Position numbers and translations under genes: made by a program
Shown: in pieces, positions 19,481-29,779 of the stretch
Layout of the letters: the number at the start of each line of letters is the position of its first letter
Numbering within the stretch: the first letter of the stretch is position 1
Origin: a virus
Length of the DNA: 64,000 bases
Reading direction: 5' to 3' (one strand)
Virus record (IMG/VR): IMGVR_UViG_3300009594_000003
Span: 21,652 to 85,651 of that record
Notes under the pieces: generated by a model
Seen by the model: only the letters and a program-made list of their open reading frames with translations
What the model was told of the DNA's origin: nothing
Databases searched by the model: none

Positions 19481-20665
19481 ATGCTCAAATCGATTCTAGA
19501 TACCGACCTGTATAAGCTGACGATGCAGCAGGCGGTATTGGAAAAATATCCTGATGCCCACGCCGTCTATACTTTCACGAACCGAAGGAAGTCCGACAAG
19601 TTCCCTGATAAGTTCGAGGACTACTTGGTTTCCGGCCTCATGGCCTTAACTAAGGTGGCGTTGTCGCCCGGTGAGGCAACATGGCTCGCCACGGCTTGCC
19701 CCTGGCTCAAGTCCTCCTACATCGAGTACCTCCGCAACTACCGTTTCAACTCTTCGGAACTGTTTTTGAAAGTCAGGAATGACGATCTCACTATCACCAT
19801 CAACGGACCTTGGCACCGAACTATTCTGTGGGAAGTGCCGATGATGGCGATCATCAGTGAACTCTATTTTCAGCATGTAGTCACGGATTGGACGCACGAA
19901 GGGCAAGAAGAGAAGATCGCAAAGAAGGGTGAACTTTTTAAGGCAGAGCAGATACGTTGGTCGGACTTCGGTACTCGTCGCCGTCGCTCCTACAAATCAC
20001 AAGATCGTGTCGTCAACATCTTCAAAGGCAACCCATTCTTCAGCGGCACAAGCAACGTCCATCTAGCCCACAAGTACACTGTCCGGCCAATCGGAACTAT
20101 GGCCCACGAATGGATTATGGGCCACGCCGCTCTCTGCGGTCTGCGGTACGCCAACCGCTACGCCCTGCGTGCGTGGAACGATGTGTATCACGGCAACCTG
20201 GGGATTGCTCTTACCGACACCTACGGCACACCAGCTTTCTACAAGGACTTCGATGGCGTGTTAGCTCGTCTTTATGACGGCGTTCGGCATGACAGCGGTA
20301 GTCCCTTCGAGTTTGCCGATGCTGCGGTCGCTCATTACAAATCACTCAACATCAACCCAGCCCACAAGACCATCGTGTTCAGTGATAGTCTGGACCCTCC
20401 ATTGGCAGTTCAGCTTGCTCAGCGGTGCCGTCAACTAGGAATCAACGCTGTTTTTGGTATTGGCACGAACCTCACGAATGATTATGATAGTGGCAAGCCG
20501 CTGAATATAGTCATCAAACTGCGTTCACTGAACGGTGTCGAGGTCGTTAAACTGAGTGACGATCTCAACAAGGCGACCGGCGATAATGACGCCGTGCGTG
20601 TCGCCAAGTGGACGTTCTGCAATACACCGCTCGATAAGCCAGGAGTTCAGAGCTACAAGAGGTAA
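19481..20665 (+). CDS. pncB: nicotinate phosphoribosyltransferase
   Basis: DTDLYKLTMQQAV, DFGTRRR, GTMAHE, RHDSG, GIGTNLTND, KLSD. Confidence 0.93.
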   Translation: MLKSILDTDLYKLTMQQAVLEKYPDAHAVYTFTNRRKSDKFPDKFEDYLVSGLMALTKVALSPGEATWLATACPWLKSSYIEYLRNYRFNSSELFLKVRNDDLTITINGPWHRTILWEVPMMAIISELYFQHVVTDWTHEGQEEKIAKKGELFKAEQIRWSDFGTRRRRSYKSQDRVVNIFKGNPFFSGTSNVHLAHKYTVRPIGTMAHEWIMGHAALCGLRYANRYALRAWNDVYHGNLGIALTDTYGTPAFYKDFDGVLARLYDGVRHDSGSPFEFADAAVAHYKSLNINPAHKTIVFSDSLDPPLAVQLAQRCRQLGINAVFGIGTNLTNDYDSGKPLNIVIKLRSLNGVEVVKLSDDLNKATGDNDAVRVAKWTFCNTPLDKPGVQSYKR

Positions 20666-20670
20666 CTGAT

Positions 20671-22680
20671 ATGAACGACTTTGGCCTCGCACGCATCACC
20701 GTTGTCAGCCCGGAAGTCAAGGTTGGCAACCCAACATTCAATGCTTTCCAGGTTGCCGATGCGGTCAAGAAAAACCCTGGATCGCAAATTTATCTTTTCC
20801 CTGAGTTGGGGATTACCGGCTATACATGTGCCGATCTCTTCAACTCGGCTACACTTCTCGAACGGACTGTGGATAGTCTAGTCTGGCTCAGCGAGCAGAC
20901 GTATATGAATGACGCCTTCGTTGTGGTCGGTTTACCTGTCAAAGCAGACGGCAGCCTCTACAACTGTGCCGCCGTTATTCACGCCGGGAAAATCCAGGGT
21001 CTCATCCCCAAGCAACATCTCCCGACGTACAAAGAATTCTATGAACGTCGTTGGTTTGCCCCAGCTACCGGCATGGAATCCAGGGCCATCAAGTTCGGGA
21101 ATCTCTACATTCCTTTTGGTATCGATCTACTTTTCGAGGATGAAAACCACCCCAACATCCTCATTGGAATCGAGATTTGCGAGGATGTGTGGACTGTCAT
21201 CCCGCCCAGCAGCTATCAAGCCTTAGCCGGGGCAACGATCCTCCTCAACCTCTCTGCCAGCAATGAAACAGTCGGCAAGGCCTCATATCGCCGTGATCTG
21301 GTTCTTAACCAATCTGGCCGCTGCATCGCTGCATATGCTTATGCCAGTTCTGGCTGGACAGAATCTACCACCGATCTAGTTTTTGGTGGTCACTGCATGA
21401 TTGCCGAGAACGGTTTGATGCTTACGGAAACCCCCAAGTTTGAGCGGTCGGCAATGATTACTGCGGATGTTGATGTCGAAAAGCTGGTGCTGGAACGTGA
21501 ACGCACTTCGAGCTTTGCTGACAACAAACGTCGGCAGGCTGTTCCGTTCCGCATCTTCCGAATAGCTCTGGAACAGCGGGGCGACGATAGGCTTATGCGG
21601 AGCGTGAATCCTCACCCCTTCGTTCCGCATAACACCAAAGAACTAGACGAACGCTGCAAGGAGATTTTTGGCATCCAGACTCGTGGCCTTGCAAAGCGAA
21701 TCGAAACAGCCAATGTCAACCGCATGGTAATTGGTGTCTCCGGTGGTTTAGACTCTACGCTCGCTCTCTTGGTTGCAGCCAAAGCGTGTGATCTAGTTGG
21801 CAAGCCGCACAGTACCATCCTGGGGATTACCATGCCGGGTTTCGGCACAACAAGCCGGACCAAGAACAACGCCATCAAGTTGATGGAAGCATTGGGCGTC
21901 GAGCAGAAAACCATCGACATTCGCCCGGCTACCCTTCATGCCCTGTGTGATATACAACACAGGCCATTCGGGATTAAACTTGAAGCTCACTACCCGTATC
22001 CAGGCAGTGCGGTTGAAGCGTTGCAGGCACAACTTGCCAACCTGCCACACGACAATCGCCACGATCTGGTGTTCGAGAACGTCCAGGCTAGACTCAGGAC
22101 GTTCCTGTTGATGTCGCATGGTTTCGTCGTCGGCACAGGCGATCTATCGGAGCTTGCCCTGGGCTGGTGTACGTACAACGGCGATCACATGTCGATGTAC
22201 AATCCCAACTGTAGCATCCCAAAAACACTGGTGAAGTTCCTTGTGGAATATGTTGCAGAAAACGAAGTGAGAAACTTTGTTAACAGCGACAACACTCTGG
22301 TGGACATCTGCAAGACAACAATTTCTCCCGAACTGTTGCCAGCGGGTGCGGATGGCAACATTCTACAGTCCACCGAGGATGTTGTCGGCCCCTACGAACT
22401 GATTGACTTCTTCATGTTCTGTATGATCCGGTGCGGATACGGGCCGAAGAAGACTTTGTACCTCGCCGAACACGCTGAGTTCAATACAAAGTACACACGA
22501 GACCAACTGAAAAATTGGTTGAAGGCTTTCTATTTCCGGTTCTTCTCCTCGCAATTCAAGCGGTCTTGTGTGCCTGACGGCCCGAAGGTCGGGTCGGTTT
22601 CTCTGTCGCCGAGAGGCGACTGGCGTATGCCCAGCGATGCTGATGTATCAATTTGGGTCAGCGAGGTTGACGAAGCATGA
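20671..22680 (+). CDS. nadE: glutamine-dependent NAD+ synthetase
   Basis: nitrilase domain FPEL/K/EICED plus GVSGGLDST, ENVQAR, GTGDLSE, FKRSCVPDGPKVG. Confidence 0.95.
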   Translation: MNDFGLARITVVSPEVKVGNPTFNAFQVADAVKKNPGSQIYLFPELGITGYTCADLFNSATLLERTVDSLVWLSEQTYMNDAFVVVGLPVKADGSLYNCAAVIHAGKIQGLIPKQHLPTYKEFYERRWFAPATGMESRAIKFGNLYIPFGIDLLFEDENHPNILIGIEICEDVWTVIPPSSYQALAGATILLNLSASNETVGKASYRRDLVLNQSGRCIAAYAYASSGWTESTTDLVFGGHCMIAENGLMLTETPKFERSAMITADVDVEKLVLERERTSSFADNKRRQAVPFRIFRIALEQRGDDRLMRSVNPHPFVPHNTKELDERCKEIFGIQTRGLAKRIETANVNRMVIGVSGGLDSTLALLVAAKACDLVGKPHSTILGITMPGFGTTSRTKNNAIKLMEALGVEQKTIDIRPATLHALCDIQHRPFGIKLEAHYPYPGSAVEALQAQLANLPHDNRHDLVFENVQARLRTFLLMSHGFVVGTGDLSELALGWCTYNGDHMSMYNPNCSIPKTLVKFLVEYVAENEVRNFVNSDNTLVDICKTTISPELLPAGADGNILQSTEDVVGPYELIDFFMFCMIRCGYGPKKTLYLAEHAEFNTKYTRDQLKNWLKAFYFRFFSSQFKRSCVPDGPKVGSVSLSPRGDWRMPSDADVSIWVSEVDEA

Positions 22681-23528
22681 ACACCGACTCATTCTATGCC
22701 AAAGGTTCTACCCACCGTGAGAACCAGGACTACGCCACTCACGGCGAGAGAGAGGGGCAACCATTCGCTATCATTTCAGATGGATGTTCGTCTGCTCCAC
22801 GCACTGATTTCGGGGCACGGATTCTGGTGCAAGCCGCCGTGCAATATCTCGGCGTGGCTGGATACAATGATGATTCATTTAGCCATAGTACGATCAATAC
22901 GGCCCGTATTTGGTCACATGCCCTGGGCCTGCCTGATGATTGCCTCTGTGCTACGCTGCTCATGGCTATAGTTGCAAACGTAGATGTAGGAATGCCGCAC
23001 GTTGACCAGCATATGTACAAGGTCTTCATCAGTGGCGATGGCTTTGTGGTTGCTCGGCACAAGGACCGCATGGAAATCCACGAATATAAATTTGCTCGTG
23101 GTGCCCCATGCTACCTTCGCTACAGCCTGGACCCCAAGATGTCCAAGGACTATTGGGCAAAGTTCGGCGATGAGGTCACACATCGCATCTACATGATCGA
23201 CAACAACGGAAAATCCGACTACCAAAAGGAGACGAAGAAATATCCTGCCGCTCCGTTCTTCTTTAAGTTGGAGTTTCCCGTCTCCGACTACCTTTGGGTC
23301 GCAGTGGTCAGCGACGGCGGCGACTCTTTCTTGGAAACGGTGGACCACGGCACCGGCCTAGAACCAACCGATGTTCCGGCCAGTACCGTACTATTTGAGC
23401 TATTCAACTTCAAGAATTATCAAGGCGAGTTCGTCCAGCAACGGTGCAGTAAGGCTTTCAAGGAGTTCGGCAAGAAACGCTGGCAGAACGCCGACGACAT
23501 TGCTGTTGGGGTGATTGCGAGGGACTGA
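22677..23528 (+). CDS. PP2C-like protein phosphatase
   Basis: H..NQD, ISDGCSS, VSDG, DDIAV. Confidence 0.85.
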   Translation: MNTDSFYAKGSTHRENQDYATHGEREGQPFAIISDGCSSAPRTDFGARILVQAAVQYLGVAGYNDDSFSHSTINTARIWSHALGLPDDCLCATLLMAIVANVDVGMPHVDQHMYKVFISGDGFVVARHKDRMEIHEYKFARGAPCYLRYSLDPKMSKDYWAKFGDEVTHRIYMIDNNGKSDYQKETKKYPAAPFFFKLEFPVSDYLWVAVVSDGGDSFLETVDHGTGLEPTDVPASTVLFELFNFKNYQGEFVQQRCSKAFKEFGKKRWQNADDIAVGVIARD

Positions 23529-23529
23529 T

Positions 23530-24147
23530 ATAAGAATCGGACTTCTAGGCGAGGCCTTTGACCCAATTACCTGTGCCCACATGGACATGGCTAGAGTTGG
23601 ACTAGAAGTGTTCGATGAAGTCTAGCTCATGCCATGTAATACACATCCTTGGGACAAAGAAATGGCCCACGGCTCAGACCGTCTTCATATGATTGAGTTG
23701 GCGACTCAACACACCCCCAAAATAAAACCGTGCCCCTACGAACTAGAAATGGCACCAAGTTCGTACACCTACGATGTGGTGTGGAGCATGAGACATAAGG
23801 TGCGGTTCATGCCGATTGAATTCAGCATCATCGTTGGCATGGACAATGCCAACAAAATCAAGGAGTGGCATCGCTGGCAAGAACTGATCGAAATGATCCC
23901 TTTCCTTGTAGTAAAGAGAAGGGGCATCGAACAACAAACTGATTAGTTCCTGAAAGCTCCTCATATGTTCAAGGACATCGGGACGGTGACGGGCACACTG
24001 CAAACCAACTGCCTAGCCGTACCAATTAGTTCAACACTGGTACGGCGAACCATCAGAGAGGGCGGCGATGCCCGCCCATTTCTGCACTTGGACGTGTGGA
24101 ACTACATCGACAAGAAGGGACTCTACAAGAAAGGTCCAGATGAATAA
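23530..24147 (+). pseudogene. nadD: nicotinate-nucleotide adenylyltransferase, disrupted
   Basis: IRIGLLGEAFDPITCAH...FDEV*LMP...IVGMDN...W..WQEL...TD*FLK...ISSTLVR...VWNYIDKKGLY; ATA start; TAG at 23623 and 23944. Confidence 0.85.
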
Positions 24148-24958
24148 ATGTTGCGTCTACATGGTGAATCAACATCCGCTGTACATGAACATGGCTTGTA
24201 ACAGCATAGCCATGTTAAGGAAACATTCGGCCATTCCAGTTCGTGTACTGCTGATTACCGATTTCGCACGCACCACCTTCTCTAATACACGGAACTACCC
24301 CGGCTTGGAACTTGATGTGTCCGATGATGCTGTGAAACGGATGTCGGACAGGTTGGTTGTTAAGTGCGAGGAAATGGGAGCGGAAGTAAAGGTACTGAGT
24401 CCACACGCCGCCGAAACAGACTACATTCATTGCAACCAATCCTACATGGCTACGGAATGCCCAGAGGAACTGGTCATGAAAATGGATGCCGACACCTTCC
24501 TCTTCGGCGACATCGAGCCTGTTTTCAACGCATACGATGGATACGATGTAGTCGCCCTGGAAGCGGACTGGTTCAAGAAAGAAAAAGAATGGAAGCCTGA
24601 ATGGTTCGGGAATCAGACGCCACTCTCTACAGCGGTGATTCTGTTCCGAAACGAAACGGCCAAACGCTGGGGAGAATTCTTGCCAGGGATGTGTCGGGCG
24701 TATGCCGAGGGCGACTCTGACGCCGCTATCTGGGCACGAAACAGAAAAATCTTGTATTTGCGGGACGAACTTTCCTTAACACCATTCGTCATCTGCAATA
24801 CACTGAAATGGAGGCTGTTCAGGGAAGAACACTGTTGCCAGATCAGTGCCCCGGAGTTTTGGAAAAACATCATTGCACACGCCTTCGGCTACAATTGGCT
24901 GAAGGCTTATCAGATGCTCACAGGGAGCAAAGACTTGCCGTTGAGGGCCGCTCAATGA
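24140..24958 (+). CDS. putative GT-A fold glycosyltransferase
   Basis: MDADT DxD motif, RDE, late His. Confidence 0.55.
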   Translation: MNKCCVYMVNQHPLYMNMACNSIAMLRKHSAIPVRVLLITDFARTTFSNTRNYPGLELDVSDDAVKRMSDRLVVKCEEMGAEVKVLSPHAAETDYIHCNQSYMATECPEELVMKMDADTFLFGDIEPVFNAYDGYDVVALEADWFKKEKEWKPEWFGNQTPLSTAVILFRNETAKRWGEFLPGMCRAYAEGDSDAAIWARNRKILYLRDELSLTPFVICNTLKWRLFREEHCCQISAPEFWKNIIAHAFGYNWLKAYQMLTGSKDLPLRAAQ

Positions 24959-26694
24959 AGCTCTACTTGAAGGGAAGTGGCACCGAAATCAACCTGGATC
25001 AGCGGGACTTCATTGCCAAAGGCGGCGAGGGCAGCATCTTCGGCAAGGGGGCGATTGCCTACAAAGTCTATGACGACCCGCACAAGATGATCCCCGTTGC
25101 CAAGATCGGCGAACTAGCCGTCCTCGATCATCCGAACATCATCAAGCCAGACGTTGTGTTGCTAGACGGCAAGAACAAGCCCATCGGCTACACAATGCGA
25201 TTGCTGAACAACACTCACGTCCTCGTCTCTTTGTTTACCAAAGCCTTCCGCTTGCGTAATGGTATTGACGACGCCATGATGCTCCATCTGGTCAGGGAAC
25301 TTCAAAAACTCGTGGCGTTCGTTCACAGCAAACGTATCCTCATCGTTGACCTGAACGAGATGAACTTCCTCACGGATGCCGGGTTCAAGGACATCTACGG
25401 CATAGATGTCAATTCATACCAAACGCCCGGCTTTCCAGCGACAGCAATTATGGATACGATTCGTGACCGCCACATGACGGGCCACAATTTCAACCAGAAC
25501 ACCGACTGGTTTAGCTGGGCCGTTGTTGCCTTTCAAATGCTGATTGGCATTCATCCGTATAAGGGATCGCATCCCGACTTTGAGACGATGCCCAAGGACG
25601 AGCGACTGAATGCTCGTATGACTAGAAACGTCTCGGTCTTTCACAAGAATGCTACATGGCCCAAGGTGTGTCAGCCATTCGATGTCATCCCGCCAACGCT
25701 CAAGGGCTGGTTCGTTGACGTGTTTGAGCGTGGACATCGTGGCAACCCGCCTCCCAATTACGCCGCCGTGGTTGTGGCGGTCGCTACTGCGATTCAAGAT
25801 ATTGTCGGCACCGACCTGTTCGACATTCAGGAACTACAAACCTTCGCCGAGGAAATCGTGCGGGTATGCTCTACGGCCAACACCACGGTAGTTTTCACCA
25901 AAGATAATTTAGTCATTGGCAAGAAGCTCTACCCGCTGCCGTCGCCAACGTGCAAGATCGCTTTTGCCCCGAAGACCGAGAACCCCATCGCCTTCTGGAT
26001 TGACAACGGCCTCAAGGCGTTAGATGTAGTTTCCAACAAGCCGTTGTCCGTCCCAGCAACCGGCACCGCCCTCCTAGAATGCGACGGTCGTGTGTATGTC
26101 CAGAATGGGACATACCTCATGGAGTTTATGATCGGCGAGTTCCCGACCGGCGTGAAGATTCTGCCAAAACAGGTCGGCAAAGTTATGGATGTGCTGGGTG
26201 CCACGCAAATCTACGACGGCGTGATCTTGCAAAACGTCCTGGGAACTTTCTACGCCACGATCTTCCCGGTGAGCGGCCAGAGCCATCAGGTCAAGCTCAC
26301 CGAGTTGTCCAAGTACCAGATCATCGACGTCAAGTACGAGAATGGTGTCCTGGTGGTAGTTGGCACAAAGCTAGTCTCGAAGCGGTCAATGGCAACCAAG
26401 AGCAAGTACGACCGTTTCGTGTTCCGCATGTCGCCGGACTACAAGAATTACGACTTCTGGACCGCCGAGGACGTAACCTATACCGGAATCAACTTCACCG
26501 TCGCCGATCACGGCGTAGCGGTACTGATGAACGAGGAGGAAAAACTGGAAGCCTTCTCGGAGACGAAAGGATCATCGACTACGCCCAAGAGATTCGATGA
26601 TGATGCCCTTGACACCGACATGAAGTTGTGTCACCGTGGCAGCAAGATTCTGTTCGCCAAGGGGAAGAAACTGTATTCCATTTCCATGAAGTAG
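24955..26694 (+). CDS. Ser/Thr protein kinase (TerY-P type) with C-terminal beta-rich domain
   Basis: KGGEG, AYKVY, IVDLNEMN, IDVNSYQ, TDWFS, GIHPYKG. Confidence 0.85.
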   Translation: MKLYLKGSGTEINLDQRDFIAKGGEGSIFGKGAIAYKVYDDPHKMIPVAKIGELAVLDHPNIIKPDVVLLDGKNKPIGYTMRLLNNTHVLVSLFTKAFRLRNGIDDAMMLHLVRELQKLVAFVHSKRILIVDLNEMNFLTDAGFKDIYGIDVNSYQTPGFPATAIMDTIRDRHMTGHNFNQNTDWFSWAVVAFQMLIGIHPYKGSHPDFETMPKDERLNARMTRNVSVFHKNATWPKVCQPFDVIPPTLKGWFVDVFERGHRGNPPPNYAAVVVAVATAIQDIVGTDLFDIQELQTFAEEIVRVCSTANTTVVFTKDNLVIGKKLYPLPSPTCKIAFAPKTENPIAFWIDNGLKALDVVSNKPLSVPATGTALLECDGRVYVQNGTYLMEFMIGEFPTGVKILPKQVGKVMDVLGATQIYDGVILQNVLGTFYATIFPVSGQSHQVKLTELSKYQIIDVKYENGVLVVVGTKLVSKRSMATKSKYDRFVFRMSPDYKNYDFWTAEDVTYTGINFTVADHGVAVLMNEEEKLEAFSETKGSSTTPKRFDDDALDTDMKLCHRGSKILFAKGKKLYSISMK

Positions 26695-26703
26695 GAGACT
26701 CAC

Positions 26704-27190
26704 ATGCACCCATCAGAGTACATCGAATTTCTCAAAACCGGCAATGGTGCCAAGGTTGACGGTCTGTGTGGCCGGATTATCCGGGGCAAGACGCCGTAGT
26801 GCTTCTCTCGCCTCTCCGATGATCCGAACCGCAAGGTAGTCATGCTCACCGATGCGGAGGACTTGCAATCGTTGCTGGGAAAGAATAGCTATCAGATGCT
26901 CATTACCATCGGTCATCATCCCGACCACATCAACCAGTGTCTCAGCGAAGGCAAGAGCTACAAGATCGTGGTGTTCCCGGCCAGCAGTGCCCTCGAAGGC
27001 ACTTGGGATAGTCGTGAAGCTCGGCTCCCAGGTTTACCCCGACGTGGCCCCAGAATTCGGACGGCTCCCATTCTCGGTCATCGAACAACTGGCCGGTTAT
27101 CACTTCAAGGATGTCGATGATCCGACACATCCGAAGTTCATGTCGCACGAGCGGTTCCAAGCCCTGATCGTTCAGCCTTCACACCCCTAA
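26704..27190 (+). pseudogene. hypothetical gene with nonsense codon and frameshift
   Basis: AGGAG RBS; MHPSEYIEFL...GKTP*CFSRLSDDP..., frame change near 27005. Confidence 0.55.
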
Positions 27191-27215
27191 CGCCCCGGCC
27201 AAGGGCCGGGGCGTT
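27189..27215 (+). terminator. terminator closing the NAD/kinase cluster
   Basis: AACGCCCCGGCC-AAG-GGCCGGGGCGTT. Confidence 0.7.
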
Positions 27216-27259
27216 TCCGTTTACATAAGCTGTTTCTGTACTAGAATGATAAATAGAGC

Positions 27260-27946
27260 ATGATCGATTTCGGCTTCAAGGAGTACCTTCAACTACAAGA
27301 GATGGCGGCGAGAAAAAGCCTCGCTAGAAGTCTTGAGAAGTGGATGGACAACATCGACAAGCCGGTTGCTGTTTTAACTGCGTTCCGAAGCGAACATGAC
27401 CTGGAAACGAATCGAAAGAGAAACGAGGAACTGGTCAAGGACTTGACGGCTGCCGGTTTGAGCCATTACCCTGTAACAGGACAAGGCCAGGAGATCAAGC
27501 GATGGGCATTCCTTTTCCGAGTAATCGAACCAACGAAAGAAGAGTCCTTTGTGGTCCAGCCACGAGGCGAAATGAGCGATACGGTATTCGTTAGCACTAT
27601 CCAGGGGTTGATGAACACCTACAACCAGGATTTCGTGGCAATGAAATTACCAAGCAGTCCTGATGCTTTTCTACTTGGGAGAAATGGGAATAGAGAACCA
27701 TTGGGTCGAAGTGCCCATCCAAGAAGAGAAGAAAACCCGTTTTACTCAGAATTGCTCAAAGGAGTAAGAACGCCGCCCGAACAAATGAGCGGATGGGAAA
27801 GAACGGGAGAAAGAAGTCTGGTACGTCGATTCATCAACTGGCTGAGGGGCAGGTCTCATATGAACCACCCAGTCCCAGCCGATGAAAGAGGCGGCAGAAG
27901 ATTCGTAGTGGGCGATGCACCCAAACACCCACAGGGAAATGCGTAA
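27260..27946 (+). CDS. phage hypothetical protein (LTAFR...N..RN..L...EESF)
   Basis: FGFKEYLQLQE leader; TAAATA 4 nt upstream. Confidence 0.7.
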   Translation: MIDFGFKEYLQLQEMAARKSLARSLEKWMDNIDKPVAVLTAFRSEHDLETNRKRNEELVKDLTAAGLSHYPVTGQGQEIKRWAFLFRVIEPTKEESFVVQPRGEMSDTVFVSTIQGLMNTYNQDFVAMKLPSSPDAFLLGRNGNREPLGRSAHPRREENPFYSELLKGVRTPPEQMSGWERTGERSLVRRFINWLRGRSHMNHPVPADERGGRRFVVGDAPKHPQGNA

Positions 27947-28176
27947 TGTTGAACCTCCTGAAGATGCCCTACCTTTGGTTGTTGGAAGTCCGCCTCATGC
28001 ACTACGTAGGTCGCTGGAATCATTATCGCAATCGAGTCCTTGACGAACAAGCTGCGTCGGTGAATAACAAGATCAAGATCGCCAAAAAGGTTCTCAATGG
28101 TCCTCCGCTGGAATTGAGCCGACGCCACTACGAATACGCCCGCTTAAAAAACCGTGGCGAGGAACCAAAGCCATGA
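27946..28176 (+). CDS. hypothetical protein
   Basis: overlapping stop/start coupling on both sides. Confidence 0.55.
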   Translation: MLNLLKMPYLWLLEVRLMHYVGRWNHYRNRVLDEQAASVNNKIKIAKKVLNGPPLELSRRHYEYARLKNRGEEPKP

Positions 28177-28514
28177 ACTGGAGCGAAGTTCTAGAACTGG
28201 AACCGAAGCTCGCCGAGGTCGAAAAGTGGGCCAGAACCATTGACGATCCAGCCGATGAGTTCTTCGAGAAACACTATCTCGAACTCAAGCGGCGTCTTAA
28301 TCCCATCGTCGGGTGGAACCGAGAAATCCCAGATTTTGAACGAGTACCATATGCCAAGAACCCGGCCAACCTGGGAGAGATGCACCAGCACGACATCGAC
28401 ACCGGAAACACTCACAGAAAGCGTGTCTTCTTGCGAGTGCCCATTCACCTGCGGGTATTGTACACATCCGAAGCATGGGATGCAGCACTGCAACATCTAC
28501 TAGAGATTATATGA
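28173..28514 (+). CDS. hypothetical protein
   Basis: ATGA coupling. Confidence 0.6.
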   Translation: MNWSEVLELEPKLAEVEKWARTIDDPADEFFEKHYLELKRRLNPIVGWNREIPDFERVPYAKNPANLGEMHQHDIDTGNTHRKRVFLRVPIHLRVLYTSEAWDAALQHLLEII

Positions 28515-28866
28515 CAAGCTTCGCACTGTCAACCGTGGCGGTGCCATTCTGTTCAAACCCGATCATAGCTCAGAAGGCCAGCAAGGTTGTCTATGAGGGC
28601 GATTGGGTCACGACCAATCGCAAACTCGACGGCACGATGAAGTGCGAGGTCTCGGACTTGGGAAACGGAAACTGGAAGGGCAAATTCTGGGGCGAGTGGC
28701 AGAGAGTTAAGTTCTCCTACGACGTGAAGTAGTCTGGCCCGCCCGATAAGCTGAAGGGTACGGCTAGGTGCCGACTATGAGTGGACCGGCTCGATCACTG
28801 ACAAGCGGTTCAAGGGCAAATTCGGAGGCACTCGCTACAAGGGCTACTTTGATTTGAAGCGATAGG
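28511..28866 (+). pseudogene. disrupted secreted beta-rich protein
   Basis: WVTTNRKLDGTMKC...FSYDVK*SGPPDKLKGTA, frameshift, ADYEWTG...YKGYFDLKR. Confidence 0.55.
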
Positions 28867-28880
28867 TACTCTGTTAGGGT

Positions 28881-29552
28881 ATGAAAGTTCTCACCAAAGA
28901 CCCTGGCAGATTCCTTGTTGTTGACGAAATTCTAGACAAGGAAACCTTCGAGATGTTCTGGAAGTGGTACGAGCAACAAGACTTCTCTTGCCCCCATATG
29001 GGCGGCTGGCAGAAAGTCTGGCGGCTCGCTGATGGCACACCTTACGGTAGCCATCCATACTACCACACCAAAGCCCCCTTCAACAACCCGCTGGATGCCG
29101 TCTACAAAAGCATCCTGTTTCTCGCCAAGGAGAACCCGGATGTCTGCGGAGTAGAAGGGACGGACTGGATCGAGATCATAGTCCGTCCCTACATCTATAC
29201 TGCTGGGTGCCGCCTCTCTTGGCACAACGACCCCGGCTATTCCGCCGCCTGCATCTTCTATCCGCACAAGCTCTGGCACGCTCATTGGGGCGGGGAACTA
29301 TTCATTGCCCTCACTCCCCCATCGATTACTCAAGGACAGGTCAAAAGTGATATAAACGAGATCACCAGGGAATGGTACTCCGACTTTCTCAACCTCTACG
29401 GAATTGGGACTTACGTTGCCCCGGTCCCGAACCGGGCAGTTTTCACCAAAGGCGACGTATGGCACGCCATCAACCGTGTGGATCAAACGGCTGGAGATAA
29501 CATTCGCTGTTCGGTTGTGGCGTTTTTTACAAAGAAGGAAGGTAACAAATGA
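28881..29552 (+). CDS. 2OG-Fe(II) oxygenase
   Basis: WHND, WGGEL, NRAV, WHAI, RCS. Confidence 0.85.
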   Translation: MKVLTKDPGRFLVVDEILDKETFEMFWKWYEQQDFSCPHMGGWQKVWRLADGTPYGSHPYYHTKAPFNNPLDAVYKSILFLAKENPDVCGVEGTDWIEIIVRPYIYTAGCRLSWHNDPGYSAACIFYPHKLWHAHWGGELFIALTPPSITQGQVKSDINEITREWYSDFLNLYGIGTYVAPVPNRAVFTKGDVWHAINRVDQTAGDNIRCSVVAFFTKKEGNK

Positions 29553-29779
29553 ATGCAGAACTAGAAGCCCTAGCGAGCAGATTGGTAGAACTGTACGACG
29601 AGGGGTTATAACCCATTACGAGATATTTGCACGAGCGAGAGAGAAAGGTTGCTGGACCTACCTGCCGGACGCCCACAAAAGTGAATTTGACAGGTGGGAC
29701 AGGTCGGCAGCCATCCGATGTAGGTTCTCTATCGAGTACGGCAGGCAAATCAAGTGCCTTGCATCGTCGCAGAGATAGA

